The notes beneath the pieces were generated by a model. It had not been told where the DNA came from. It saw nothing but the letters and a program-made list of their open reading frames with translations, and did no database searches. This document shows positions 12,870 to 26,884 of a stretch of DNA of 64,000 bases, one piece after another. Numbering within the stretch: the stretch's first letter is position 1; every line of letters starts with the position of its first letter. This stretch comes from Ginglymostoma cirratum. Lineage: Eukaryota. Location: the NCBI GenBank assembly GCA_024137785.1, contig JAHRHZ010000066.1, positions 1,733,880 through 1,797,879 of the forward strand, given 5' to 3'. Made by a program: the position numbers and the translations under genes.

Positions 12870-15553
12870 GAGCCGTGAGCCGATTGGCACAGGCTAATCT
12901 AATAAAATTAGAGGTAACTGTGTGACTCAAAGACTGGTGTAGGAGAAATGGTTTCAACTTCATGGGTCGTTGGCAGCAGCACTGTGGAAGAGGAGAGCTG
13001 TTTCAACAGGACAGTTTCCACCTGAGCCATGCTGAGACCAGAGTCCTAGTGATTTCACATACATAGAGATGTAAACAAAGCTTTAAACTAAATGGTGGTG
13101 CGGAGGGTTCAGCTGTATGGGAAATTAGAAATCAAGAGAAGGTAGGAGTGCACCATTATGGTGATGCTGTTTGTTACCATAAAATAAAAGGCAGGGATGT
13201 GATATGTGAATATCATATTACACCAAGGAATCATACAAGAGTAGAAAAGATTGAGTAGAACAAGCTTTTAAAGACATTGTATCTGAGTAGGCAAAACACT
13301 TGGAATAAAATGAATGATTGACGTTACAACGAGAGATAATTGGGTATTATTTGGTGGTGATCACCTGAGATGTGGTTACTGGGAGACCAAGTTTGGGAAT
13401 TGAATATCCAAGGATACACAGTGTTTCAGAAGGGTAGGTAAGAACGAAAATGAGGTGGTGTAGCTTTGCTCGTAAAGGAAGAGAGCAGTGCTGCGTTAAG
13501 AACTGATATGGTTACTGAAAATGGCGATGTAGCATCAGTTTGGTTAGCGATAAGAAATAGCAATGGAAAGAAGACCCTTGTGGAAGTAATCTGTAGGTTC
13601 CCAAATGGTAACTGTACAGTGGGGCACAGTATTATCCAGGAAATATTATGGGCTTTTAAGAAAGGTATGACAAGAATCATGGGTGATTTTAATGTGCATA
13701 GACTAGGTTAATCATTTTGGCAAGGATGACTTTGATCGTAGCATGCTAGAATTTCAAATTCAGTTTGAGGGCAGGAAACTGGAGTTCCACACTATTGTTC
13801 AGTAGTTAAATGAAGGTAATTACATAGGCATGAGGATCGATTTTGGCCCTAGTGGACTGGATGAGAAGACTAAAAGGTAAGAGAGTTCATGGGCCATGGC
13901 ATATGTTTTTAAGGAGATACTTAATTCCTGCCAACATACAATCTTTCTTCCTCTCTGGAATATTTTAAGAGGGGGGGGGAAAAAGTCATCTGTGGCTGAG
14001 CAAGGAATTTAAAGATAACATAAAGACAATAACTACGGTATACCATATCGCAAATATCACTGGTAGGCTGGAAGATTGAAAATTTTCTAAAGATCAATAA
14101 AGCTTGCTAAAAAACGAGCAAAAGCAAATTATGAAAGAAGACGAGTGCAAAATATAAATACTTCGATAAGTATAAGGGAAGGATGTAGCTAAAGTGAATG
14201 TTAATCGCTTGGAGGATGAGACTGGGGAGTTAATAGTGGGCAACACAAGTTGCGAAAACTCTGTCAGTGTTTTTCATCTGTTTTCACAGTGGAGGACACT
14301 AGTACCATCTCAATAGTGACAGGTAATGCAGAGACTATAGAAAGGGAGGAACATAGAATAATTATCGTCACTAGGGGAAAAAATGCTGAGCAAACAATTG
14401 GGATTGAAAGCAGACAAGTCGCTGGGCCTGATGGCCTGAATCCTAGTGTCTTAAAGGAAGTGCCAGAAGAGATGTAATGACCTTATTCAAAAAGAGAGGG
14501 AGACAAAAATAGTAAGAAATGGTAGACCAGTTATAATCTACATTTAAAGACTTGGATGCAGGGATCCAATAGGTGCAATAGCCAAATTTGCACATGACAC
14601 AAAAATGGAGGGGTGGGGGTTAGTGGAGGAGTGGGGATGGGAATTGCTGGTAGAACTCAGCAGGTCTGGCAGCATTTGTCGAAAGAAAGCAAAGTTAACA
14701 ATTTGGATTCAGTTACCCTTGTTCATATATGGATATTCATAGGTTAGATGAATAGGCCAAATTTTTGCACGTGGAGTTTAACGTGGATAAGTGCGAGGTT
14801 ATCCATTTTGGCTGAAAGGATAGAAAGGCAATTCCTCTAAATGGAGAAGAACTTTAGAGTGCTACAGAGGGGGCTGGGTGTCTTCTTGCATGAATGTCAG
14901 AAAACTAACTTTAGGTAACTAACCTATTGCAGGCACAGCAGGTAATAAGACATATTGAATTTTGGCATTTATTGCTAAAAGAATAGAACATGAAAGTAGG
15001 GAAGTGTTGCTCCAACTGTAGACGATATTAGTGAAACTTTGTAGTTTTGATCCCCTTTTGAGGAGAGATGTAGTTGCATTGAAGATAATTCAGAGGAGGT
15101 TCATGAGATTGATTTTGGAGATGAGGGGTTGTCTTTGAAGCGACATTGAGTAGTTTAAGCCTATACTCCCTGGAGTTTGGAATAATGAGTAAGGATCTCA
15201 TTGAGGTACTTAAGATGCTAAAGGAGATTGACAAAGTACATCTGCAATGTTTGCTCTTTTGGGGCAATCTAGAATGAGAGGCCATAATTTTAGAATTAAG
15301 GGTCGCAGATTTAAGAGATGAGGAAAATTGCTGCTTTCAAAGGATCATAAATCTGTGGCATTCATTATTCCAGAGTGCAGTGGGTGATGGGACGTGAAGT
15401 AAATTTGAAGAGATGGACATATTTTTAATTATTATTGGGAGTTCCATGGTTATGGAGAGTAAAGTGAAGTTGAGGCCGAGGCGAGATCAGTCATGATTGT
15501 ATTGAATGGCAGAGCAGGCTCGATTTGCCTATTCCTGCTCCCAATTCTTATAT
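12870..15553 (+). mobile_element. Decayed, internally deleted CR1 LINE (ORF1 esterase-like end, ORF2 endonuclease and RT, 3' tail)
   Basis: LKDWCRRNGFNFMG-like ORF1 end ~12920; IMGDFN endonuclease motif ~13680; FSSVFT and GPDGLNPSVLKE ~14270-14460; KFAHDTK ~14585; tail attgaatggcagagcaggctcga...cctattcctgctcc. Confidence 0.88.
14645..14726 (-). mobile_element. Penelope terminal-repeat fragment nested in CR1
   Basis: ctcagcaggtctggcagcat is the reverse complement of atgctgccagacctgctgag at 11309. Confidence 0.7.
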
Positions 15554-16841
15554 TCAGACTCATGAACAGGCCTAAGGCTGTCACTCCTGATCCTGAAAAG
15601 TGCTCCATCTGTCTGATTACCCTAAAAGGCTTAGGTTTCTTAGAAGAATGGTATTCCGCCATTAATAGGATGCTGCCATCAAGTGAATAAGATGATCTGT
15701 TTGTCACACGAGTATGCCAGTGTGATGCTAAGATGTAGGCAATGTCTAGATCAGGGCTGGCAGATCATGTTAAACAGTCTATCCCGTTGGCTGTTGGCAA
15801 CAAACAAGATACTGTCTATACACCAACTTCCCATCATGGTAGAACTCACAGCACAGTCTCCAACATTGGGTGTGACTCCATGATTGGATAGCATGTGGTA
15901 AATAATCCTGATCATCTTAAAAATCATGCAGACACCAATTTAGGATTGTCAGTCAGGCTCACAATATGGTGCACCTGCGTGTACTGAGAAGTACATATAT
16001 TTGTGCACTGGGACATGTTCTTTGCAGACTGGAAAAACATGTACACACTATGCTTGTTTCAACTCAACAAAAAAGGTGATAGTCATACTCTAGTTCATTT
16101 CTCAAGTCAAATACTTTGACCAACCAGACTCAACCGACCAAGTTTGAAATTTAAATAAAGCTAAGCCGTTAGCCGTCTGTTATCATTAACCGGTAAATTC
16201 TCTGTGGCATTAAGTCAGAGTCAACTTGCCAAACAATCCGCAATTTCATACAGTTCAAGTGTTCCTTTTATTTTTACTTTGGTATTTCTTTCTAATTGGA
16301 GTTGAGTGCAAGACAAAAAGCTTTGACAAAATATGCCTTTATTTCCAGTGACACTGAAGTTCGACACAGCCAATTTTTCCTTTATTTTGTTATGATTCTG
16401 TTTATAACCCAACAACCAGCAGTGAATATGGCAAAAATTGCCACTTTTCATGTTATGTAGAGATGCGCAATTTTTTCAACATAGTTGTAAAGTATTCAAT
16501 ACTTAACTGTTCTAATGCAGTTTTTAAAATAACAATGAATACTTTGCAATGTGTTGCAAGTGAAATAAAAAAAACTGATTATAAAATTTCCATGATTTTG
16601 TTTTTAATCTATAATTAGATGATTTCTATAAATTGGTACTTTTAGAATTGTTATGGATGGGGAGGACATGTGAAGAGAAGGTTCTACAAGTAAATTATCT
16701 ATCTCCCACATGCTTAAATGATCAAGATTAAACTGAACTGGGAAAGAAAATCGCCAAGAAAATAAATTAAATCTATGGTAGTTTATTGGAGCCAAGAACA
16801 GTTAATAAAAAGTAATGATTGTGAGCCATCTTATTTTTCAG

Positions 16842-16894
16842 GATACCGTCTGATAGGAAGTCACTCGGGTGTGAAACTGTGCAGATGGACCAAG
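16842..16894 (+). CDS. TYW1: TYW1 exon (GYRLIGSHSGVKLCRWTK)
   Basis: tttttcag|GA acceptor, AAG|gtagct donor; 53 nt, phases fit both neighbours; contains first Cys of Cx12Cx12C. Confidence 0.96.
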
Positions 16895-17369
16895 GTAGCT
16901 GATTTCATGAATTATAAATCTCAGAATTTATGTTCATCCGAGCTCCTCTTCGTATAAATTTTATTAAAATGGGTCAACAGGGATAACTTTTAAGACAATG
17001 TGAAACACTGCATTCAATCATGAAGTTTTTTTTGTCAAGGGCATAGAAATAAAGGCTGCCGATCATTGACTATACTAAATATCAAGGTTCACCTGTTTTA
17101 TTACAGTAAGTTCTTTGGACAGTCCACAAAGTTAGATGCAATGAATAAGTCAAAAAGATCTGTAATATTTTTCTATATCATTTCACGAATATTGGAGCTA
17201 AAACTTTCATAATCTCAAGATGACAGCATTTTAAAAACTAAAAAATTATTTAATATTTACATCACACATTACATGCACAGTAACTGGACAGTTTACATTT
17301 CATTTTACATCTCCAAGCTTATTATTCTGATATTGCCACTGAGTATTGAAACATAGTAAATTACCATAG

Positions 17370-17830
17370 CACTTCATGAGCATTATCAGTCAAAATTCCA
17401 TACCAAATTACATCAGGAGATATTAGGACAGATTTTAAGGAGCAACTTAAAGAAGAGGCTGTAATTGAATGAGTGAATGCAAAACTTCGGAAGTAAAAAG
17501 CTGAAGTATGGTTGATGGGCCAATATTGCAGATGCTCAAGAAGCCAGAATTGGAGAGTGCTTATGGGGTTGTGATGGAGTGAAGGGTTTTGCAGTGATTG
17601 GGAGGGTCCACAAAATTGTTAATAGCGTAATTTTTGCGGCAGTGGAAGATGAGAGTCTGACCATGAGAGCTTGCAATTTGAGATGACGAGTAGGGAAGAC
17701 AGGCTGAGCTGAAGCAGGGTGGAGACTGGCAATATTGTGGGAGTGGGAGGAGATAGTTTTGATGAAGAGATTGGAAATTGGAAACTCGGATTGGGCTGAA
17801 ATAGATTTCCACGACTTAATCACCTTGGTG
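17370..17830 (-). mobile_element. Decayed L2-like LINE fragment
   Basis: Purine-rich + strand with aggagatattaggacag...ttttaaggagcaacttaaag, typical of an antisense L2 3' region. Confidence 0.45.
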
Positions 17831-19032
17831 GCTAGGGAGCACCATTCATTTATGGTGGGGGCTATAAATACTAATGTGTAAATGGAGGAAATGTCTACTG
17901 ATCTGATATTTAATACCCTGGTTAATGTGCTAAATGGTATGTAATAGTTTAATATCGTGCAATTTAGAATATCAAGTGCAGATGAATGTGCAATAGTGGA
18001 TGAGGAGTGTGATGAATCACAGGCTTATGGACAACAAAAACTTGTTCTTTATTTTTCCTGCTCTTCCTCCTTCCATTTCATTATAACATCATTGGACCAT
18101 TTCTTCCCTAACTTTCTAGTTTATGGCTTTCATCCCCTCATGGCGACATTAAGATTACAAGGCTTCTGTGTTATCCACACAGACCCTTTTGCATTGCAAT
18201 CAAGCTTTATTAAAGGGCTACATTTCTTAGTTTGTGGCTACGTTTGTACACAGTGAACAGTAGTTTGCCTGATTTTTGATATGTTGAACTCTTTTAAAAA
18301 GTATTACTAGGACCTCCCTGTTACAGATAGACCTTCTGATTTCCCATTTTATCAGGAATTTGAGATATTTCTCAAAGTCTCAGTGACCCTCTGTTGTGTT
18401 AATGTTCTTTCCACGTCTGATCCTGTCCTTATTTCTCACACTTAATTGATATTTTACCATCTTCACTTTGTTACAGTTGAAGTGGGGTGAATTGACTCAC
18501 CTGCTACTCACTTCTGTATTTCCAAGTCTGGGGTCATTGTTTCCAAGTTGGGTAATTACAGACATTTTGATGTCCAAGATATGAAACTTAGTTGCAAATT
18601 AAAGAAGAGTTGCATGTTTCTTTCCACCTGACTGGTTTCATGACCTCTTGATAAAAGTGTAAATTTCAGTTATTACTGCATATGATAAATTTTCATTTTT
18701 TTCATTCGAGCTTTGTTTAACCTGTGGTCAGATGATCACTAGCCATTTTATGTCAGCGTCTTTCCTTTTAAAAGTCTTTTCAATCCATGAAAATACTGCA
18801 AATAAAATCAGATGATGAAAGGTTATAAAATTGGTGGCCCACATTTCATTAGTATTGCCACAGTTTAAACTGTGATATACAAGTCCCTGACCTGTACCAT
18901 ATCATTCGCCTTCCCTATTTTTTCTATTTATATCATTATTGATATCTAGTATTTACTCATCTTGATTTTTAAATGTACATATATAATATTGATTGTGTGA
19001 GATTTGTCGCCTCTTTTTCTTTACTTCCACAG

Positions 19033-19151
19033 TCCATGCTCCGAGGCAGAGGCGGCTGTTACAAACACACGTTCTATGGCATTGAAAGCCATCGCTGTAT
19101 GGAGGCAACTCCTAGTCTAGCCTGTGCCAATAAATGTGTCTTTTGCTGGCG
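19033..19151 (+). CDS. TYW1: TYW1 exon ([40 protein letters not shown]), radical-SAM motif
   Basis: ttccacag|TCC acceptor, CG|gtaagc donor; 119 nt; CANKCVFC = CxxxCxxC; CYK holds the conserved Schiff-base lysine of TYW1 enzymes. Confidence 0.97.
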
Positions 19152-20059
19152 GTAAGCAACTGAGATTGCACATTATTAGTTGATTTCTTTAGGTTTTAGT
19201 TGTTTATTGATTTCATGGATCAACCCAAGTGGTATGAATTCGTGTTGCCAACTAAATGAGATATAATCTTATCTAGTATTTGAGGAACAAAAATATAATT
19301 GTTAGGATGTATATTAAGAAGTCTGATTTTTTTTTTTTTCCCTTGCAATGCTGACGCTGTCATTTTCATTACCTGCATTTATGTCATGAAGTTCATTTTG
19401 CAGGCGTTGATCTTAAAGAACTAGCTGCTTTGCATTGCAAAGGTTCTGAAAGCTAAACATGTTTTGGTTAAAATTCTTAGTTCTACAAAAGGTAAATGTT
19501 GCACTTAGGTTACAAGGGTCTTCTAGCTACTTATTTCATTGATCCAAAGCAATATTGCTTTGTTGCAACTTTGTTTCTGTAAGTTTTATAGGCAAGCATA
19601 TATGTTTAGGTCAAAACCGGATGCAACCATCAGTAATGGCTAATATTTCAGAAAATGAAGATAATCGAATTACATAATTAAAGCATTCTGTAACTGTTTT
19701 ATTTCTTCTAAACATTAGGAAGTAGCTTTTAAATCTAAGCTAAAGGTTATTTATTTGAGAAGTCTAGCCCTTCAATGACAACATAAATGATCTAAGATGG
19801 ATTAATGAATTATTTTATTAAAATTTCGGGTTTTTTTTGAAAGGGTTGCCCGGCAGAATCATCAGTTATCATATTTTGACACTTCTTTGGAAAGAAAAAT
19901 TCAGTAATCCTGCTGTAGAGAAATGGTCACCGTATTTGCCTCTATGACAACTCTCAATGCTCTCTTAAGTAATACCTTGTATGTAACACACTTTGAGATG
20001 GTTCTGTTTCATTCTATTAGTTTCTATTTTTGGATGAATGGAACACTGCTTGAAAGTAA

Positions 20060-20270
20060 AGTTGACACAGTCCTACCAGAGCATAGGGCTGCTGTCTTAT
20101 TAGAAAGAGATGCGTCGTGGTTTTTGAACCAGAGCATCACAACGCCTCAGGCGAGGGGCGAGGGTTGAGTAGGAGAGTTCTTTGTGGTGACCTCAGCTGA
20201 TGCAAGAATTGAACCCATGCTGTTGGTGTAACTTGACATTGCAATCCAGCCATCTGAGCGAACCAAGCCC
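20060..20270 (-). mobile_element. tRNA-derived SINE
   Basis: Reverse B box gaattgaaccc (~20206); head homologous to the + strand fragment at 39002-39097. Confidence 0.65.
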
Positions 20271-21285
20271 GTACTACTTGACTGTAGCTCAATTGATTGT
20301 TGTAACGTCTATTGAGGGGGACAGGAAGTATAACAGAAATGACGTGTTTTTTGTCTGTTAAATTATCAATTTTTTCTTTATTGTTGGCCACATGTACTTG
20401 AGGTGAATTTTGCTTTCTGTTGTTTATTTTTGGAACAGTCACTGTTGCCAGACAAGACAAAGATCAGCTAATAAATACATGAATTCTGGTTCCTATCGGA
20501 CAGTAGAGAGGCGAATAAGTTAACTGTTTAGCTAAACTAGGGAGGAAAGGGAAAGTTCTGAAGTCGTTCATCAAACACTGCTACAAACATGGATCATTGT
20601 AAAATGACAGACCATATATACAGTTGAAAACAATGTGTAATTGAAAATGGTGTTTGCTGTGACATTGCTTCACGGCATCTTGAAAAAACATGTTGTGGGA
20701 ACCTCTGACAAAGGCAGAAGAATCTGCCTGTGAGAGGGGTCAACAGTTGTCAATTTGATATACAACTTCATAGCCACAATATTCTGATTTGGGAGGGTGG
20801 GGGGAAAGGTGAGCAAACACTTCAGAGATCAATTTACATTGAAAGACAATTTAAAGGAAGCAAATTGTGAATGACAATCAGATTTGTAAATTGTATCTAC
20901 TTTGAAAATGCTGAATACTGTCAATTTGCTTATGCTATGTTAAGGAAATGATCTATTGATTTATGATTTCAGTCATGTTATTGATTGTGTGATATGTCCA
21001 ACTACTGAAGGCAAAGAACTACATGGTGTTTTTCAGGATGGTGATGTGTAATGACACTGGCTCACTTTTTACATTGATCTGTGTATCATTAATGAAGCTT
21101 TTGACAAGTAATTTTCACTCTGTATTGAAGGGAGACTGCTAATGCAGACAGTGAAGTTAATGGTACTGAACCAGAGTACAACTTAACTTGAATGAGTATC
21201 CCAAAGTAAAGGGAACTGAGTGAAAAGTAAAATTACAGATGTTATGAATAAGTATCTATGACTGATATTGAATTTGTTGTGACAG

Positions 21286-21395
21286 GCATCATACGAATCC
21301 AGTTGGAACTGAATGGCGCTGGAAAATGGATGAAGCAGATATGATTTTAAAAGAAGCAATTGAGAACCATCAGAACCTGATAAAACAGTTCAAAG
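21286..21395 (+). CDS. TYW1: TYW1 exon (HHTNPVGTEWRWKMDEADMILKEAIENHQNLIKQFK-G)
   Basis: gtgacag|G acceptor, AAAG|gtaaaa donor; 110 nt, phase 2 to phase 1; not in the ORF track, read directly. Confidence 0.96.
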
Positions 21396-23003
21396 GTAAA
21401 ATGTTGACAATCAACTTTTTCAAAAGAATTTTGCAAATTATAGACAAGCTTTTTTGTTCATTTCATAGATGGCAGTGTCATTGATTGGCAAGTTAGGCTG
21501 GCAAAGAAACAGAAACTTTCTCCTCCAATTCCCACGGTAGGCTCTACCTTCTATTCCTCATTTGATTTCCAATATTGAATATCCAGCCCAAGCAGACAAT
21601 CAGTAATTGTTTTCCTTAAGAGCAATAATCTTGATCCTATGGGAGAGGCTTGGCATTTCTTTTGTGTGCAATGTTCTCTTTTACTTCATGCACTTTGCTA
21701 GCTTGTCCATAAGTGTGGATTAACCTATACTGCCGTCACACAATCAGGTTGTGCTTTACAACCTTACACCTCTCTAAATAGACAGGCTTCTTCTGCCGTC
21801 TGTCCTAAATCTGCTGCATTTAGTTTTAAATCTATGTTTCCTCTCTAGTGGAAATGGCCTTTTTTTAAACAAAAAAAGTCTGTTGTCTCCCATCTCTTCC
21901 TAATTTTAAGAATGTCTTTCACATCAACTTAATCTTTTGAATTCTAGCAAAAATGGCCCCAGTTTTTCAAGTCTTAATTCATATTTGTCTTGCTTCCTGT
22001 TTGGCATGATCAGAGTGAATTTGTCACTTCAAAATTCATTCTGTTGATTTTCTTTAATTCGTTCACGGGTGGAGGTATCACTGGTAAGGCTGGTGATTGC
22101 TGTCCTGAAATGTCTGTGAACCAGAATGATAAGCTCCATGTGATATGATCCTTGTATGCTATTAAGGCTGTTGTTCCAGGACTCTGTGTTACAGAGGCAA
22201 TATAAGTAAGGCAATGTTTGTTCAAGTCAGGACGGTGTGTGACTTAGAGGTAAACAGGTGATGGTTGTTATATGCGACTGCGTCCTTTGCGCTTCTTAGA
22301 TCTGGAGGTTGAGAGCTCAAAATCTACACAGTGCTTTTTACATGGTGCTGTTGATGAATTGCAGGAAAAATATTATTTTGTCATTTTGGATGATAAGTTA
22401 TGCTACCAATCTTTAGATGTTTGCTGTTCCTTGATTTGAGGATGCCATCTTCTCAGCATTATGAGCTTTTGCTGTAGGTCCTCATTGGACTGAACAGGGC
22501 TTTTCTCAACCCACAGATCTTTGGCTACATGGTAGCAGGATCCAAATGCAGGATTTTGATGCAATGAAAGTAGTACTGAATGCAAATTTCTAGTCTAAGA
22601 CATTACGTGTGACATAAAAATGTTTACAAAACACAAATTAGAATTGAATAATGGAGTTAAGAACAAATGGAAAGCAGACAAGTAACTTTCATTTTCGTGG
22701 CAGTTCATTTTTAACTCATTGCTTATGTGCACTTTTAATGTTTAATCTTGCTAGATTTACTGCAACTTCTTTGCTTTCCTCTGAAGTTTAGATCCAGTTC
22801 ACACATTATTTTAATTCTGTGTAATAGACTTAAGACATTTTTGATACCAGATATTAAAAAGTATTGACTAACGTGTAATTTATTGTACTGATTTTTAAAT
22901 GTCAACAAACTTACCTTGGGTGCAAGAATTCTGATCCACCAATCCAAATACACAATAAATATTCTTAATTGATGTCTTTCACATGTATATGTCATTTTTG
23001 CAG

Positions 23004-23181
23004 GTGTACCAGGAGTAAAGGGTGAACGTTTTGCGGAGGGCATGAAGGTGAAACACTGTGCATTGTCATTGGTAGGGGAACCAATCATGTACCCCAAAAT
23101 CAATGAATTAGTGAAACTGTTACACCATAATAAAATCTCCACTTTTCTCGTAACAAATGCACAGTTCCCAGAGGAAATCAG
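23004..23181 (+). CDS. TYW1: TYW1 exon (GVPGVKGERFAEGMKVKHCALSLVGEPIMYPKINELVKLLHHNKISTFLVTNAQFPEEIR)
   Basis: tttttgcag|GT acceptor, AG|gtgaga donor; 178 nt; SLVGEP and VTNA radical-SAM barrel motifs. Confidence 0.97.
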
Positions 23182-25149
23182 GTGAGAATCATCAATTAAA
23201 TTAGCAACCATGGATAGACGAAGTTGTGATCCATTCTAGAAACTTAACTTTAAATCAAATTGTATATCTTTAAGTTGTGGAATTTTATGGAAAAAGATTG
23301 TTGATATGCTGCTTTAACTATTTCTTAAACACTTCAGTGAAAAGGAAGAGAAATATTTAACTATTTGGTTTTTAATTCATTAAATTAGAATATTTAAACA
23401 ACCTAACACCACCTTCAACAGCAGCTTAGGTTTCTACTATACCTTTTTAACGTACTGTAGAGCCCCATCGTTTGTGGGGGTTACATTCCTTTTAAACATC
23501 AGAGTGATTTTCAAAAATGACAAAGTGCTGTGCTTATGTAAGACACACTTCCTACTTCAGGAAGTTTTCTTTGAATGTATTTTCCTTAAAATCCTGGATG
23601 CGCAAGATTGGAGATGCACTGGGCAAAACAGTGTGCAGTAGGTTTTGTGCAATTAAGCAAATTCATAAAAGTTGGACAGTGGAACTTGACTAACAAAATA
23701 TACTTCATTCTTCAAATAAAATAATGAAACAAGATATGGCATGATGAAGGAGATATGAACTCAGAAGGTCAAAAGCTTGTTCAAAGAGCTTTATGTAATG
23801 TCATATAGGAGGAAAGAAAGATTGTTTTCTGGTGAGATGTGGAAGGGAACTCTAGAGCTTAGGGCCTAATTTAAAATGAGGTGCAATTTACCATTTGTTA
23901 CATATCAAATATAAGATATTTTGATTTTGGCCAGATGTTGAAAGTTAAGACAATTATATTTTTACACCAGATTTACAGTATTGATGATTTAAATGTTTTT
24001 CTTTTAATGTCATAGAAGCTACTTTGTGAAGTAGTTCTAAACAATAGGTCAATATTTTAATGCTCTGATTTGCATCACTGAAATGCTGTTTGTAATTTTA
24101 CTATTAATGAAACTGATGCAGCTCTATTAATGTACAGAATCTGACAATATATCAGAAACATGAAAGGTAGTTAAATTGATTTTGTAAGTTTTACATTTTG
24201 ACTAGTGGCTGAGAGGCCGTTGATGTAAATACAGGAAGTGAAAGGTAAATTTTCCACTGTAGTATAGTCATGCAGATTGATTCTTCACTTCAGATTAACC
24301 TTTTATGCAATGGAGAACAGCATTATGGGAAAGAAATATATTTTCATCAAAGGGAGCTCTAATTTTTATTATGCACATTCACTCAAGTGTTCAGGTACCA
24401 TGCTGATCTTCACTTTTTTTTCAAAGTTAAAACAACATAATTTTTTTTTTTTTGGTCATTAACATGTCACAAAGTGGAGCACTGGATTAGAACTCTGTCA
24501 TTTGGTGTCTGAGAACCAACTTTGAACCCATTTCAGAACAGATGACAACTTTCTGAGGAGCCAATGTGAAATAATCATAGTACCAGCTTTGGAGACCGTT
24601 ATAAAGTTAATGGTAAAGGTTGCAGTTAAATGAGTGGCAGCTAGAGATGCACCTTTCTGATTATTTTCCTATTCTGAATGGAATGTGAAGCATGAGGCAA
24701 AATTCCTGACAGATGAGGAGGAAACCACCTTGTAACCATGATAGTTGCATGACTGATCCAGTTCAAAATGATCATGATTTGGGGCTTGCATGGGATGGAT
24801 GTTACTTGATAGTTGTTACCCCACATCTAGACACTGTCCAGGAGCTGCAGGTTGTGACAGAGGCTGAACGCTACAATTAGCAGAGAACAGTCACACTCCA
24901 GATTTCTTGACAGATGGTCATTAAATAAAAAGCAACTGAAAATGGTTACCTTGAGAGTTCTTCTCTGACACATTCTCATAATGTCCCGAGATTGCAGTGA
25001 TTAGCATCTGACAAGCAAACCCATCTACATTGCTGATATGTCTCCAGCTGTTGGAGGGCATGACCTTGACTTAAAGTTTTAAATTATTTTTAAAGTGATC
25101 TGGTCAGACAGATACTGGGAATGGCACGACTGTTGCATGAGGTGTGACT

Positions 25150-25505
25150 GGTTTGACTGGGTTTGCATTCACCAGTGCTTAGTAGAATGAGATAAAATCT
25201 CATTTGAAACGTACAGAATTCTAACAAGACTAAATAGACTAGATGCAGGGAAGATGCTCCTTCTGGTTGAGGAGTCTAGAACAAAGGGTCACGATACCAG
25301 GATAAGGAGTAGGCCATTTAGAACTGAAATGGGGATGCACTTCTTCACTCAACCTGTGGAATTCGCTACCACAGAAGGTTGTGGAGGCCAAGTCACTGAA
25401 TAAAGTCAAGATAGAAGTTGACAAATGAGCTCATATTAAAGGAGAGGAATTCAGAATATGGTGTTGAGTTAGAGGATCGGCTGTGATCATATTGAATGGC
25501 GGAAT
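25150..25505 (+). mobile_element. CR1 LINE 3' fragment
   Basis: ctgtggaattcgctaccacagaaggttgtggaggcc (LWNSLPQKVVEA) and tail gatcatattgaatggcgg. Confidence 0.8.
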
Positions 25506-25721
25506 TTCATATGTGCCACCAGGTATTTCACTTGGAATCATCAATAGATCTGACGTCTAGTCATCGTGACCATTTTTTTTCATTGGTAAGAATGTAAGTA
25601 AAGAAAGGGAAGATAAATATGTAATTAATTTTAGGTATTTAGTTATAGTGGGAAAAATTCTTGAGTTCTAAATCAAAAGTTTCCAATAAAATAATTTCCT
25701 CAAATATATTCTTTCCTTCAG

Positions 25722-25857
25722 AAAACTTGAACCAGTTACTCAGCTTTATGTCAGCGTGGATGCAAGTACAAAGGATAGTCTGAAGAAAATTGATCGCCCT
25801 CTTTTTAAGGACTTCTGGCCAAGGTTTCTTGAATCCCTGAAGGCCTTGGCGGACAAG
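25722..25857 (+). CDS. TYW1: TYW1 exon (KLEPVTQLYVSVDASTKDSLKKIDRPLFKDFWPRFLESLKALADK)
   Basis: ctttccttcag|A acceptor, AAG|gtatgg donor; 136 nt; QLYVSVDA and IDRP motifs. Confidence 0.97.
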
Positions 25858-26884
25858 GTATGGAGATTATTTATGTAACTTTACGAATGTACAATAAAGT
25901 TTTTGTTACACGGGATGTTCTGGGAATGGATGGTGCTGTTTTAATGAGGACTTGCATTACTCCAGACACAAGGTTCTGCTTCCTGTTTTTGAGGAGAAAC
26001 AGCTGGTCAGCCAAGGGCCCCAGCGCAGCATGGCGTCAGAGTAAAACCAGAACCCAGCAGACGATTACAACTGAAGACCAAGCTGAACAGAGACTCTCAC
26101 TGGTTTAGATAAGCAGCTCTGAGTGCAATGTTCACACTGATTCCCAGTGAATTGACATTGTAGTGCAGTGTGAACACATCCATTCTCACGTGGCCATGTG
26201 CCCAATGATAGAAAATTTCCTTCATAGGGTGGCTTTTGAGTTTCATCTCGAGTGACATTTTGAGGTTTAGAAATCTGCCATTTAACATTTGTTTCCAAAC
26301 ATTAGGCCAGCTTTTCTTTTTTTAAATAAAGTGAGCTGACAGTTGATTTGCATGGTAAATGCAGCTTCCTGGTTTTGGAGTCCTTGTGGGTTTCCAGCTG
26401 GCATTATAAAAAAAAAAGTATGAATTGGGTGTCAGTATCAGGGAGAGGTTCTTAACGTTGAAATGAACAGTCATCCTAATCCAGTGTGCCATGTCCTGCT
26501 CCCAAACACAGCATCTGATTCCAATGCAGTGTGTAATTCAGAAGCCTCTCGGTGACAGAAGGAGGTAAGTCTCTCTCATAGATCGTAGAATGATACAGTC
26601 TCACTCTCATACACAATCTCACACCTGCTGTCGTGCACAATTTCACACTCTTTTCTCTCATACACGATCTGTCACACTCTGCTGCACAGTCACATGTTAA
26701 AATTCCTGATCCCTGCCCTGTTCACATCTGCAGACCCAGTGATGTTTCCTCCATGAGGGAGGATAGTTATCTGACTGGATATTACAACATTGCAACATCA
26801 AGGGACTGAGTGTAACAGAGTTTGCTACATCCCATCACATCTACTTTGCTGTCTGTATTGTGTGAATTATATTTAAAACATTGG

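Noticed and set aside
22735-23211. 158-aa minus-strand ORF, the longest in the track
   Set aside because: Antisense shadow of the TYW1 exon 23004-23181 with no recognisable domain.
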